Positions 17,935-29,813 of a stretch of 64,000 nt of DNA are shown here, piece after piece. The notes below the pieces were generated by a model. That model made no database searches. It had not been told where the DNA came from and worked only from the letters and a program-made list of their open reading frames with translations. How positions within the stretch are numbered: position 1 is the stretch's first letter; the number at the start of each line of letters is the position of its first letter. Source of the stretch: Hydrurus foetidus (lineage: Eukaryota); assembly GCA_900617105.1 (NCBI GenBank), contig UYFQ01000032.1, positions 1 to 64,000 of the forward strand, written 5' to 3'. A program made the position numbers and the translations under genes.

Positions 17935-18881
17935 ATAATTCAGCGTTATATGCATTGCCTATCGATCCACAGGCGGTGATGGATCACCACGCAAAATCTT
18001 TCTCATGGGCAGCGCGGCTTTTGGGAGCCGAGGCACGACGCGATGCGGCACTGCTTTACGCGTATGCAAGGGCGGCTGACGACTTTGCAGATGAAATTCA
18101 ATTGGGATCCCTAGAGCAACGTAGCCATGCGCTACAAGAAATGCGCAGTGGTGCTTTACGCGCTGAGGCGGGACCGAAATCTTCCGCCGGAGAAAGTCTT
18201 GCAGTACAAACGGGGTTGATGTTGCGTAACTACAGCATTCCAGCTTCTGTACTGGAGAAATTTATGGACAGCTTGCAAGCCGATACCAACGCCAGGCATA
18301 TTCAGAGCACGGAGGATTTACTCCATTTTGCGTATGGGGTAGCCGGAACGGTGGGGCAAATGATGCGTCCCTTGCTGGGAGCAGCGCCAGCGGCTGATTC
18401 TCACGCCATTGCTTTAGGTATCGCCATGCAACTGACCAATATTGCGCGGGATGTAGTGGAAGATTCGCACAGACAGCGTTGTTACATTCCTGCTCAATGG
18501 GGCATCAGTTTGCGTTTGATGGCTGCGCCGTCCAACACCTCTGAAAAATCAGTGGCTTTTGCCGCACTACAGCGGTTGCTGGTGCTCGCGGATGATTTCT
18601 ATGCTTATGCGCATTCGGGCTTCGCAGCCATCCCAAGCCACAACAGGCGTGCTATCCGGGCCGCCGCCGCGCTCTATCAGGGTATCGGGAAAAAAATCTT
18701 GCAACGTGGACCCGAGCGCTATTGGGACGAGCGTGCCTATTTGACCCGGGTTGAAAAGCTAAGAACCTTGGCCCAAGTACTATTTTTCACTTCCAACCCT
18801 GCGGGTTGTGCCGTGCGGGATGTGTGGAGTAATGACCTGTCGCACTTGGTGGGAATTCATGGATTTCCCGCGGTTCACTGA
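17931..18881 (+). CDS. crtB: Phytoene synthase
   Basis: KSFSWAA, LYAYAR.ADD.AD, Y.VAGTVG.MM, LG.AMQLTNIARDV.ED. Confidence 0.93.
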   Translation: MNNSALYALPIDPQAVMDHHAKSFSWAARLLGAEARRDAALLYAYARAADDFADEIQLGSLEQRSHALQEMRSGALRAEAGPKSSAGESLAVQTGLMLRNYSIPASVLEKFMDSLQADTNARHIQSTEDLLHFAYGVAGTVGQMMRPLLGAAPAADSHAIALGIAMQLTNIARDVVEDSHRQRCYIPAQWGISLRLMAAPSNTSEKSVAFAALQRLLVLADDFYAYAHSGFAAIPSHNRRAIRAAAALYQGIGKKILQRGPERYWDERAYLTRVEKLRTLAQVLFFTSNPAGCAVRDVWSNDLSHLVGIHGFPAVH

Positions 18882-20052
18882 TAGCCAGAAGCCCGTGGGT
18901 AAGCCCTGGGATATTGTGATTTTGGGTGGTGGCTTGGGCGGATTGTCACTGGCGGTGGAGTTGAGCGCACCTGAGTTTTCTGGCGTATCCGTGCTTGTTT
19001 TGGAAAAACGCGAACGCTATATTCGCGACAGAACCTGGAGCTACTGGACGGACCGGACCCACCGTTATAGCTATCTTGAACGCCACCAGTGGAACCAATG
19101 GATTGCTTCATCTGGAGAGCTAACGCACCATTCGGCTTCGACTGCTTGGCGCTACGCGAGTCTGGATGCAGACGCTTTCTATAACGCTGCGCAAGATGTT
19201 ATTCGCGCGTCGTCCAATGTTGTCTTACAAACAAACACGGAGGTCGATAAAGTCGAAACGATCGACCAGCAGGATTCGATTGTGACGCTGCACTCGGGAG
19301 AGGCGCTGCGGGCGCGGCGGGTGTTAGACGCAAGACCCAAGCCATTGACAATGCCACAGGGTTTGGTTCAGCAATTTGTCGGATGGGAAGTTCAGACCGA
19401 GCGTGATGTTTTTAACACTGAAGCGGTTCAACTCATGGCTTTTGAACCGGACGCGAATGGAGTCCATTTCTTCTACGTTTTGCCTTACAGCGCGCGATGT
19501 GCTTTAGTTGAAAGCACTTGGATTTCTCCAGCCGCGTGGCAGCCTGATTTTGATACCGAATTACTGCAATACCTGGCAAAAGTAACCGCCCCTGGTGCCT
19601 ACGCCGTGAGCTACCGTGAACACGGCCTGCTCGATTTACAAGGTACACAAGAGATACCTTCCCAGCAAATGGCCCCTATAGGTTTAGGCCGCGGCGGCGG
19701 CACGCTGAGGGCAGCTACCGGCTATGCGTTCATAGACACGGTGACCCATGCAGGTCACGTCGCAAAGTCGTTAGTGGATGCGTTGCGCGCTGGCACGCAA
19801 AAAACTTGGTTGCCTGTCGCGTTTCGCAGGAACGCACTGGACCGCTGGATGGACGATGTTTTCCTAAGTGTGTTGGCGCAAGACTGGCCCCGTGCACCTG
19901 GCTACTTTATGCAGCTTTTCGGATCGGTTGGCTCAGACGACACGGTTGCCTTCTTGATGGGCCGCGCGACATGGGCGCAACGTCTTCGCATCATGCGCGC
20001 TCTACCGGTTACGCCCTTCGCGCGCGCAGCACTGCTGCGGCACTTCTCTTAA
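18859..20052 (+). CDS. crtY: Lycopene beta-cyclase
   Basis: Probable start ATG 18859; ILGGGLGGLSLA, DRTW..W, Q.FVGWEV, FFYVLP, ALVE.T, ATGYAF. Confidence 0.88.
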   Translation: MDFPRFTDSQKPVGKPWDIVILGGGLGGLSLAVELSAPEFSGVSVLVLEKRERYIRDRTWSYWTDRTHRYSYLERHQWNQWIASSGELTHHSASTAWRYASLDADAFYNAAQDVIRASSNVVLQTNTEVDKVETIDQQDSIVTLHSGEALRARRVLDARPKPLTMPQGLVQQFVGWEVQTERDVFNTEAVQLMAFEPDANGVHFFYVLPYSARCALVESTWISPAAWQPDFDTELLQYLAKVTAPGAYAVSYREHGLLDLQGTQEIPSQQMAPIGLGRGGGTLRAATGYAFIDTVTHAGHVAKSLVDALRAGTQKTWLPVAFRRNALDRWMDDVFLSVLAQDWPRAPGYFMQLFGSVGSDDTVAFLMGRATWAQRLRIMRALPVTPFARAALLRHFS

Positions 20053-20068
20053 CCGTTGGCAACCTAAA

Positions 20069-20989
20069 GTGAGAAACGCAGTGAATCAGTGTCGATTGCT
20101 TGGCGGGTTTTTATGCGTGGTTCTGGGCGTGCTTTGGGCGGTGCAAACACAGTGGCCGCTGGCGGGAATATGGTTGCTCGGGCTGATCATTGTGACCGTA
20201 GGTATGGGGCATGGTGCGCTGGATGCTCTCCTACTGATGGGCCAGTTTCGACCACTTTCCAACGCTATGTTGATGGGTGCGATCTATCTCGCAGTCACAG
20301 TTGGCGCCGGATGGTTGTTCTCGCTTTCTTTTCCGATCACCCTGACTACTCTATTACTCATGTCCGTGTGGCACTTTGGAGAGGACTACCGATCTACGGT
20401 CATTTGCAGGATTGCTGTTGGCGGAGCCAGCGTCATGGCGCCCGCTTTGATGCAACCCGAGGCGTTAAATGAACTCTTGCACAGCGTAACGAGCCAAGGG
20501 TTTCCCTGGTTGTTGGATCTCTGGACTGGGTTGGCATGGTCTTGGGTGATGGTGGTCATCACACTGATTTTTTTCACATTGGCCGGTTCGCAGGGCAAAG
20601 CGGCCTTCGGCCGATACCGCGCGCATGCTTTATCACGGGCGTATGCAGAGATCGTAATTGTTGTGGGTTTGAATGTTGTGCTGACGCCCGTATTCCAGTT
20701 TGCCTTGTTCTTTGGTGCGTATCACTGTGTCCTCCACATAGTGCGCGTCCAGAGGGCGGCAGAGCATCACCAAGACCTGCCAGTCAGGCAGGCTGCATGG
20801 GCTTGGGCGATAAGCATGGCCGTTGTCATAACCTTGATGGCAATCCTGTGGCTATGGCTGCGCAGCTCAGGGTTTCAAGCGATCCAAGTTAATGCGCAAG
20901 TTTTACACTGGTTGGTAGTAGTGCTGGCGGCCGTCACGCTACCCCATCTATTTTTGGTGAGCTACAGCCAACACTGGCTGGAACGCTGA
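20069..20989 (+). CDS. blh: Beta-carotene 15,15'-dioxygenase (Brp/Blh family)
   Basis: Membrane protein with G..HGALD, S.WHFG, F...H...H, A.VTLPH; last gene of the operon. Confidence 0.9.
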   Translation: MRNAVNQCRLLGGFLCVVLGVLWAVQTQWPLAGIWLLGLIIVTVGMGHGALDALLLMGQFRPLSNAMLMGAIYLAVTVGAGWLFSLSFPITLTTLLLMSVWHFGEDYRSTVICRIAVGGASVMAPALMQPEALNELLHSVTSQGFPWLLDLWTGLAWSWVMVVITLIFFTLAGSQGKAAFGRYRAHALSRAYAEIVIVVGLNVVLTPVFQFALFFGAYHCVLHIVRVQRAAEHHQDLPVRQAAWAWAISMAVVITLMAILWLWLRSSGFQAIQVNAQVLHWLVVVLAAVTLPHLFLVSYSQHWLER

Positions 20990-21090
20990 TGTGTCTCGCG
21001 AAAGCAGTAAGCAGTGCGAGTGTTACGGACCGTGGCTTTATCAACGTCGACATGCAGATGTGTTGCGTGCACACGATCTTGTGAGACACA
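20990..21090. repeat. ~100-bp segment bounded by imperfect inverted repeats (hairpin or MITE-like)
   Basis: TGTGTCTCGCGA (20990-21001) vs TTGTGAGACACA (21079-21090); 8-bp perfect, 10/12 overall. Confidence 0.4.
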
Positions 21091-21172
21091 GGTCATCAAC
21101 ACAAGATGGGGTTGGCCGGGCGGTTACCTTGATGTACCGCCGCACCAAAAAAAATTTCGTGCCGTGCAACTG

Positions 21173-21871
21173 CTACGCACCTGCCAGGTCACGCAGCCCT
21201 TGGGGATCCACCAGTTGCACGATGCGGCCCGAACCGCTAATGAGGCTGCGCTCACGCAAGTGGCGCAGCACACGCGACAGGGTCTCGGGCGCGATGCCCA
21301 GCTGGATGGCAATGAGGCGTTTGCGCTGCTGCAGTTGCACGGTGCAGCCACCCTGCTCGGTCGACTGGGCATGGCGCAGCAGCCATTCGGCACAGCGGGC
21401 TTCCGCCCCTTTGGCCAGGCGGCTGACGGCCAGCTCGGTTTGCTGGCGGTGGGCATGGGCCATGTCGACCAGAACACTGCGCATGGGTTTGCTGGCGTCT
21501 GCCAAGGTCGCCTGGAACACCGCCAGCGGCACGGCACGCAGCCGCACCTCGGTCTGGGCCACCGCGTCCATGACTGCGGGCTGAGTCAACACCGCAGCGG
21601 CGGCGTCCAGCCAGCAGGGGCCTGTGAGGGTACCCAACGGGTGCTCCAGCAGCGACCCTTCCAATAACGAGGTGCCCTGCACGCCTTGCACCACCTGGCC
21701 GACCTCCAGGTACAGCGCCTCGGTAGTGGGCTCGCCACGGTGCACCAGCCTGGCTCCGGCGGGCCGGATCTGGGCGGGATAAGTCGCCCACAGGGCAGAT
21801 AGAGAAGGAACGGAGGCCAACATGGCGCCACTGTGCCGCGCCTTGGGGCTTGGCACATTGAGGCACATCAA
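21173..21871 (-). CDS. Crp/Fnr-family transcriptional regulator (start may be 21823)
   Basis: cNMP-binding-like N-terminal region; C-terminal AEARCAEWLL...IAIQLGIAPETLSRVL HTH. Confidence 0.85.
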   Translation of the reverse strand: MMCLNVPSPKARHSGAMLASVPSLSALWATYPAQIRPAGARLVHRGEPTTEALYLEVGQVVQGVQGTSLLEGSLLEHPLGTLTGPCWLDAAAAVLTQPAVMDAVAQTEVRLRAVPLAVFQATLADASKPMRSVLVDMAHAHRQQTELAVSRLAKGAEARCAEWLLRHAQSTEQGGCTVQLQQRKRLIAIQLGIAPETLSRVLRHLRERSLISGSGRIVQLVDPQGLRDLAGA

Positions 21872-21878
21872 GCTTTGC

Positions 21879-23225
21879 TCAGAGCACCAGCAACGCCCGA
21901 AAATCGTTCACATTGGTGTGGGTGGGGCCGGTGGTGAACAGATCCCCCAGGGGCTGAAAAAAGCCCACGGCGTCGTTGCGGTCCAGGCCATCGGTGATCG
22001 ACACTCCCGCCGCTTTGGCGCGCGCCAAGGTGTCGGGCGTCACCAGGGCACCGGCGTTGTCTTCCACGCCGTCAATGCCATCGGTATCTGCCGCTAGCGC
22101 CCACACACCGCCCTGGCCTTGCAGCGCCTGGGCCAGGCCCATGCAAAACTCGCCGGCACGGCCGCCGCGACCCTTGGCGGCGCCCTCGCGGCGCGGGCGG
22201 ATGGTGACCGTGGTTTCGCCGCCGCTCAAGATCACACAGGGCTTGGCAAAGGGCTCGCCACGCTGGGCTGCGGCTCGGGCCAGCGCCGCATGCACCTTGC
22301 CCACCTCGCGCGACTCGCCTTCCATTTCGTCGCTGAGGATGTAGGCGGTCAACCCCATGGCGCGCGCGGCAGCGGCGGCGGCCTCGAGCGATTGCTGCGG
22401 CGTGGCAATCAGGTGCACCTGGTTGCGGGCAAACACCGGGTCGCCGGGCTTGGGCGTCTCCAGGGTGCCATCTTCGAGGGCTTTGACAATGAAATCGGTC
22501 TCTAGCCCCTGTGGAATATGCGCGAGCCGCTTCAATATTGATAGCGCATCGGCGCAGGTCGTCGGGTCGGGCACCGTCGGGCCGCTGGCGACCACGCTGG
22601 GATCGTCGCCCGGTACATCGCTGATGAGCAGCGTCACCACCTGGGCCGGGTAGCAGGCCGCCGCCAGGCGCCCGCCCTTGATGGCGGAGAGGTGCTTGCG
22701 CACGCAGTTCATCTCCTGGATGCTGGCGCCGCTCTCCAGCAGCATGGTGTTGAGGCGCTGCTTGTCTTGCAGGCTGATGCCCGGCGCAGGCAGTGCGAGC
22801 AAGGAGGAGCCGCCACCGGAGATCAGGCAGATCACCAGGTCGTCTGCGGTCAGGCCCTCGGTCAGCGCCAGGATGCGCTGGGCGGCGGCCAGGCCCGCGG
22901 CGTCGGGCACGGGGTGGGCGGCCTCCACCACCTCGATGCGCTGCGGCAAGGCGTCTGCCGGCAGCTGCGGGGTGTGGTCATAGCGGGTAACGACCAGCCC
23001 GGACATGGGCGCGTCCTGCGGCCACAGCGCGTCCAGCGCATGCGCCATGGCGCCACCGGCCTTGCCGGCCCCCAGCACCAGCGTACGGCCTGTGGGCACG
23101 GGCGGCAGAAAACCGGCCAGCGTATGGCTGGGCAGGGCCTGGCGCACGGCAGCCCAGTAAAGCTGGGTCAGCAGATCGCGCGGCTCCAGGTCAGAGAAGT
23201 GGACGGATTGGTTTGGCATGGTCAT
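21879..23225 (-). CDS. Glycerate 2-kinase / hydroxypyruvate reductase (TtuD/MOFRL family)
   Basis: GAGKAG..MA, EAAHPVPD, LISGGGSSL, VRKHLSAIKGG.LA, SGGETTV, DTDGIDG, TGPT.TNVND. Confidence 0.92.
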   Translation of the reverse strand: MTMPNQSVHFSDLEPRDLLTQLYWAAVRQALPSHTLAGFLPPVPTGRTLVLGAGKAGGAMAHALDALWPQDAPMSGLVVTRYDHTPQLPADALPQRIEVVEAAHPVPDAAGLAAAQRILALTEGLTADDLVICLISGGGSSLLALPAPGISLQDKQRLNTMLLESGASIQEMNCVRKHLSAIKGGRLAAACYPAQVVTLLISDVPGDDPSVVASGPTVPDPTTCADALSILKRLAHIPQGLETDFIVKALEDGTLETPKPGDPVFARNQVHLIATPQQSLEAAAAAARAMGLTAYILSDEMEGESREVGKVHAALARAAAQRGEPFAKPCVILSGGETTVTIRPRREGAAKGRGGRAGEFCMGLAQALQGQGGVWALAADTDGIDGVEDNAGALVTPDTLARAKAAGVSITDGLDRNDAVGFFQPLGDLFTTGPTHTNVNDFRALLVL

Positions 23226-23271
23226 CGCTTTATTGCATGGTACAAAACAGATTACACGGAGAGACTCTGAC

Positions 23272-24708
23272 ATGGGCACTTTGCTGATCCACAACGCACG
23301 CGCTATCGCGACGTTCGACAACGCCAACCCAGCGCAATCCACCGAGCTGCGCAACGCATCCATCTACATCGAAGGCAACCGCATTGCTTTCATCGGCGCC
23401 ACAGCCGACCTGCCCCCGCAAGCACTGCAAGCCGACGAGGTGATAGACGCCAGCCACCACCTGGTCACGCCGGGCTTGGTCAACACGCACCACCATATGT
23501 ACCAGTCGCTCACGCGGGCGATTCCCGAAGTGCAAAACGCCGAGCTGTTTGGCTGGCTGCGCGGGCTGTACCCGATCTGGGCCGGGCTCACGCCCGAGAT
23601 GGTGCAGGTGAGCACGCAGATTGCGATGGCCGAGTTGCTGCTGAGCGGCTGCACGACGAGCAGCGACCACCTCTACATTTACCCCAACGGGGTGCGGCTG
23701 GACGACAGCATTGCAGCGGCGGCCGAGATCGGCATGCGCTTTATGGCGACGCGCGGCAGCATGAGCGTGGGGCAAAGCCAGGGTGGGCTGCCGCCCGACC
23801 GCGTGGTGGAACGCGAAGACTTCATCCTCAAGGACACGCAGCGTCTGATTGAGCAGTACCACGATGCGTCGCATGGATCGATGCTGAACGTGGCCGTGGC
23901 GCCCTGCTCGCCCTTTAGCGTGAGCCGCGACCTGATGCGCGAGTCGGCGCTGCTGGCCCGACAGTACGGCGCGCGCCTGCACACCCACCTGGCCGAGAAC
24001 GACCACGACCTGGCCTACAGCCGCGAAAAGTTTGGCTGCTCGCCCACGCAGTACGCGCAAGACCTGGGCTGGCTGGGCCCTGACGTGTGGCATGCCCACT
24101 GCGTGAAGCTGGACGACGAAGGCATCAGCCTGTTCGCGGCCAGCCGCACCGGCGTAGCGCACTGCCCGTGCAGCAATATGCGCCTGGCCAGCGGCATTGC
24201 GCCGATTCGCAAGATGCTCAACGCCGGCGTGCCCGTGGGCCTGGGCGTGGACGGCAGCGCCAGCAACGACGCGGCGCACATGGTGAACGAAGCCCGCCAG
24301 GCCCTGCTGCTGGCCCGCGTGGGCCGCGCCATGCAGCCGCCCGAAACCCGCTACGGCAAAACCTTCTTCGGCTGCGACCTGGGCCCGGCTGAGATGACCG
24401 CGCGCGATGCGCTGAGTGTGGCCACACGCGGCGGCGCGCAGGTGCTGGGGCGCGCAGACATTGGCCACCTGGCCGTTGGCATGTGTGCGGACCTGGTGCT
24501 GTTTGACCTGGACACGCTGGCCTTTGCAGGCGGCGCCGTGCACGACCCCGTGGGCAGCCTGCTGCTGTGCGCCAGCCCGCAGGCGGACACCACCGTGGTC
24601 AACGGCCAAGTGGTGGTGCGCGAAGGGCATCTGGAAACGGTGGACCTGGGCCCGCTGATGGAGCGACACAACCGGCTTGCCTTGCAACTGGCCGCTGCCG
24701 CAACCTAG
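23272..24708 (+). CDS. 8-oxoguanine deaminase-like amidohydrolase
   Basis: ATG 23272 with [55 protein letters not shown]. Confidence 0.88.
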   Translation: MGTLLIHNARAIATFDNANPAQSTELRNASIYIEGNRIAFIGATADLPPQALQADEVIDASHHLVTPGLVNTHHHMYQSLTRAIPEVQNAELFGWLRGLYPIWAGLTPEMVQVSTQIAMAELLLSGCTTSSDHLYIYPNGVRLDDSIAAAAEIGMRFMATRGSMSVGQSQGGLPPDRVVEREDFILKDTQRLIEQYHDASHGSMLNVAVAPCSPFSVSRDLMRESALLARQYGARLHTHLAENDHDLAYSREKFGCSPTQYAQDLGWLGPDVWHAHCVKLDDEGISLFAASRTGVAHCPCSNMRLASGIAPIRKMLNAGVPVGLGVDGSASNDAAHMVNEARQALLLARVGRAMQPPETRYGKTFFGCDLGPAEMTARDALSVATRGGAQVLGRADIGHLAVGMCADLVLFDLDTLAFAGGAVHDPVGSLLLCASPQADTTVVNGQVVVREGHLETVDLGPLMERHNRLALQLAAAAT

Positions 24709-26057
24709 CGCACCAGGCAGGGGCTCTTGGGGTTAAAGCTCCAGCCCGGAATCAGGTACTGCATGGCCATTGCGTCGTTGCGCGCGCCCAGGCCGTGCTG
24801 CAGGTACAGCTGGTGGGCCTTCTCCACTTCGGCCATGTCCAGCTCCACACCCAGGCCGGGTGTGGTGGGCACCGCAATCTGCCCGCCCACGATTTGCAGC
24901 GGGGCTTTGGTCAGGCGCTGGCCGTCTTGCCAGATCCAGTGCGTATCAATGGCGGTGACCTTGCCGGGTGCGGCGGCGGCCACGTGCGTGAACATGGCCA
25001 GCGACACATCGAAGTGGTTGTTGGAATGGGAGCCCCAGGTGAGGCCCCAGGTCTGGCACACCTGCGCCACACGCACCGAGCCCTGCATGGTCCAGAAATG
25101 CGGGTCGGCCAGCGGAATGTCCACCGACTGCAGGGCCAGCGAATGCGCCAGTTCGCGCCAGTCGGTCGCCACCATGTTGGTGGCCGTCAGCAAGCCGGTA
25201 GCGCGGCGAAATTCGGCCAGCACTTCGCGGCCCGAGAACACGCCTTCGGCACCACAGGGGTCTTCGGCATAGGCCAGCACGTCGTGCTGGTCGCGGCACA
25301 GGCGCACCGCGTCTTTCAAGAGCCAGCCGCCATTCGGGTCCAGCGTGATGCGGGCTTTGGGGAAGCGCTGGTGCAGCGCGGTCACGGCCTCAATTTCTTC
25401 CTCACCGCGCAGCACACCGCCCTTGAGCTTGAAGTCCTGAAACCCGTAGCGCGCATGGGCCGCTTCGGCCAGACGCACCACGCCCTCGGCGTCCATCGCT
25501 TTCTCGTGGCGCAGGCGCTTCCAGTCGTCGGCCTGGTTGGGCTCGCTGATGTAAGGCAGGTCGGTCGCGTTGCGGTCACCCACATAGAACAAGTAGCCCA
25601 GCACCGCCACGCTGTCACGCTGCTGGCCATCACCCAACAGGGCGGCAACCGGCACATTCAAGAATTTGCCCAGCAGATCGAGTAACGCGCTTTCCACCGC
25701 GGTCACCGCGTGGATGGCGATGCGCAGGTCAAACGTCTGCAGGCCACGGCCACCGCTGTCGCGGGCAGCAAAGGCCTCTCGCATGCGATTCAAGATGGCG
25801 TTGTAGTTGCCAATGGGTTGCCCCACGACCAACGGGGCCGCGTCTTCCAGGGTCTGGCGAATCTTCTCGCCGCCGGGCACTTCGCCCACACCGGTGTTGC
25901 CGCTGCTGTCGGTCAGGATGACGATGTTGCGGGTGAAAAACGGGGCGTGGGCGCCACTCAGGTTCATCAGCATGCCGTCATGGCCCGCGACGGGGATGAC
26001 TTGCAGGGCGGTGATGGTGGGAGCGCCGCGTACGGCGCCAGACTGGGGGGTGGTCAT
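24705..26057 (-). CDS. gudD: Glucarate dehydratase (enolase superfamily)
   Basis: [63 protein letters not shown]. Confidence 0.95.
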   Translation of the reverse strand: MTTPQSGAVRGAPTITALQVIPVAGHDGMLMNLSGAHAPFFTRNIVILTDSSGNTGVGEVPGGEKIRQTLEDAAPLVVGQPIGNYNAILNRMREAFAARDSGGRGLQTFDLRIAIHAVTAVESALLDLLGKFLNVPVAALLGDGQQRDSVAVLGYLFYVGDRNATDLPYISEPNQADDWKRLRHEKAMDAEGVVRLAEAAHARYGFQDFKLKGGVLRGEEEIEAVTALHQRFPKARITLDPNGGWLLKDAVRLCRDQHDVLAYAEDPCGAEGVFSGREVLAEFRRATGLLTATNMVATDWRELAHSLALQSVDIPLADPHFWTMQGSVRVAQVCQTWGLTWGSHSNNHFDVSLAMFTHVAAAAPGKVTAIDTHWIWQDGQRLTKAPLQIVGGQIAVPTTPGLGVELDMAEVEKAHQLYLQHGLGARNDAMAMQYLIPGWSFNPKSPCLVR

Positions 26058-26103
26058 GGATCAAGTCTCCTCAGTAAGGCACTCGACATGGCGCCCCTAC
26101 AAG

Positions 26104-26120
26104 TCAGACATCATACAACT
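26104..26120. promoter_or_regulatory. Candidate FadR-type operator upstream of gudD
   Basis: TCAGACATCATACAACT; 16/17 identical to 26946-26962. Confidence 0.6.
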
Positions 26121-26898
26121 AAAGCGTATCGGGCTGCGACTTTCGCAAGCGGTCTTTGCTGTTGGCCAGGTGCGTGCGCATGGCCGCGCGCGCAGCGTCG
26201 GCGTCCTGGTTGCGGATGGCGTTGAAGATGTATTCGTGCTCGCCATGCACACGGCGCAGGTAGTTCAGGCGCCCTTCTGGCGCGCTGCTGGCGGTGTTGA
26301 CCCGGGTGCGCGGAATGATCATGGTGCCCAGGTAGGTCATGAGGTCGGCGAAGTGGCGGTTGCCTGTGGCTTTGGCCACTTCCATGTGGAAGCTGAAGTC
26401 CGAGGGCACGGCGTCCGAGTCTTCCTGAATGGAGGTCTGAAACGCATCCAGCATGGCTTGCATGGACAGCAAATTGGCTTCGGTGCGGCGCTGCGCGGCC
26501 AGGCCGGCCGCCTCAGTTTCCAGGCTGATGCGCAGCTCTAGCAGGGCAATCACGTCGGCGATAGTGGCAAAGTCCACATCGGCAATCTGGAAGTTGCCGC
26601 TGCTTTGGGGTGCCAGTGCAAAGGTGCCCACGCCGTGGCGTGTTTCCACCAGACGGTTGGCCTGCAAGCGCGAAATGGCTTCACGCACCACGGTGCGGCT
26701 CACGTCATAGCGGGCCATGATTTCAGACTCGGTGGGCAATTTATTGCCCGGCTGAATCGCGCCGTCGCGGATGCTGGCGGCCAGGCTGTCCACTACTTCT
26801 TGCACCAGCCCACGAGCGCGCCGCGGGCGCGGCGCATCGCCTGCATCGGCAGGTGATGGTTGCGCTATAGCGGCTCTAGGGGTTTGCACTAGGTCCAT
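26119..26898 (-). CDS. GntR/FadR-family regulator of uronate/aldarate catabolism
   Basis: PG.KLPTE...YDVSRTVVREA..RL...HG.GTF; FCD domain D..FH..VA.A.GN, EH..I..AI. Confidence 0.92.
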   Translation of the reverse strand: MDLVQTPRAAIAQPSPADAGDAPRPRRARGLVQEVVDSLAASIRDGAIQPGNKLPTESEIMARYDVSRTVVREAISRLQANRLVETRHGVGTFALAPQSSGNFQIADVDFATIADVIALLELRISLETEAAGLAAQRRTEANLLSMQAMLDAFQTSIQEDSDAVPSDFSFHMEVAKATGNRHFADLMTYLGTMIIPRTRVNTASSAPEGRLNYLRRVHGEHEYIFNAIRNQDADAARAAMRTHLANSKDRLRKSQPDTL

Positions 26899-26945
26899 GG
26901 AAAAGCCCTTGACTTGGTTGGAACAGGTGTCGACAATTTAACACA

Positions 26946-26962
26946 TCAGACAACATACAACT
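26946..26962. promoter_or_regulatory. Candidate FadR-type operator between regulator and udh
   Basis: TCAGACAACATACAACT. Confidence 0.6.
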
Positions 26963-26983
26963 GACAAGGCAGCGATAAATTTC

Positions 26984-27811
26984 ATGACCATCAAAGTACA
27001 CCACACTTTGCTGATGACCGGCGCAGCAGGCGGTTTGGGCACGGCGATGCGAGACCGACTGAAGGCCAATTGCGCGGTCTTGCGCCTCTCTGATCGCGCC
27101 GATTTTGGCCCCGCGCGTGCGGGCGAAGAAGTCGTCCTGACCGACCTGGCCGATCCCGCTGCGGTAGACGCCATGGTGCAAGGCGTGCAAGCCATCGTGC
27201 ACTTCGGCGGCGTTTCCGTCGAAGGCGCCTTTGAGCCCATCCTGCAGGCCAACATCCTGGGGGTCTACAACCTGTACGAAGCCGCGCGCAAGCATGGCGT
27301 GAAGCGCGTAGTGTTTGCCAGCTCCAACCATGTGACCGGCTTTTACAAGCAGAGTGAGACCATCACCCTGAACCACCCTGCCCGCCCCGACAGCCTCTAC
27401 GGCGTGAGCAAGGCGTTTGGTGAAGATTTGTCGCGCATGTACTTTGACCGCTACGGCATCGAGACCGCCTGCGTGCGCATTGGCTCGTCGTTTGCCGAGC
27501 CCAAAGACCGCCGCATGCTGGCGAGCTGGCTGAGCTTTGACGACCTGCACCGCCTGGTCACCGCCTGCCTGACCACGCCCATCCTGGGCCACACGGCCAT
27601 CTTTGGCATGTCCGACAACGCCGTGGTCTGGTACGACAACAGTGCCGCGCGCCACGTGGGCTACGTGCCGCAAGACAGCGCAGACGCGTTCCGCGAGGCC
27701 ATCTACGCCCGCACGCCGCAACCCGACATCACCGACCCCGCAGCCATCTACCAGGGCGGCGGCTTCCTGTTCCAGGGCGAACCCATGACAGCCCACAAGA
27801 CCGGCAAGTGA
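26984..27811 (+). CDS. udh: Uronate dehydrogenase (NAD-dependent SDR)
   Basis: TGAAGGLG, HFGG.SVE, FASSNH..G.Y, PDSLYG.SK.FGE.L, RIGS; pathway context. Confidence 0.9.
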   Translation: MTIKVHHTLLMTGAAGGLGTAMRDRLKANCAVLRLSDRADFGPARAGEEVVLTDLADPAAVDAMVQGVQAIVHFGGVSVEGAFEPILQANILGVYNLYEAARKHGVKRVVFASSNHVTGFYKQSETITLNHPARPDSLYGVSKAFGEDLSRMYFDRYGIETACVRIGSSFAEPKDRRMLASWLSFDDLHRLVTACLTTPILGHTAIFGMSDNAVVWYDNSAARHVGYVPQDSADAFREAIYARTPQPDITDPAAIYQGGGFLFQGEPMTAHKTGK

Positions 27812-27818
27812 ACTAACC

Positions 27819-29743
<1,925 letters not shown>

Positions 29744-29813
29744 GAACGGACCTTTCGCTTGCATCAACTGCATCGGGTCCACGTGCCCGGTGCAGATTTT
29801 TTAGAGAAAAGCA

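Noticed and set aside
23230..24687. 485-aa minus-strand ORF, and similar long shadows over gudD, udh, manC and the NDP-sugar synthase
   Set aside because: Stop-poor antisense frames typical of high-GC coding DNA; the opposite strand carries the clear family motifs.
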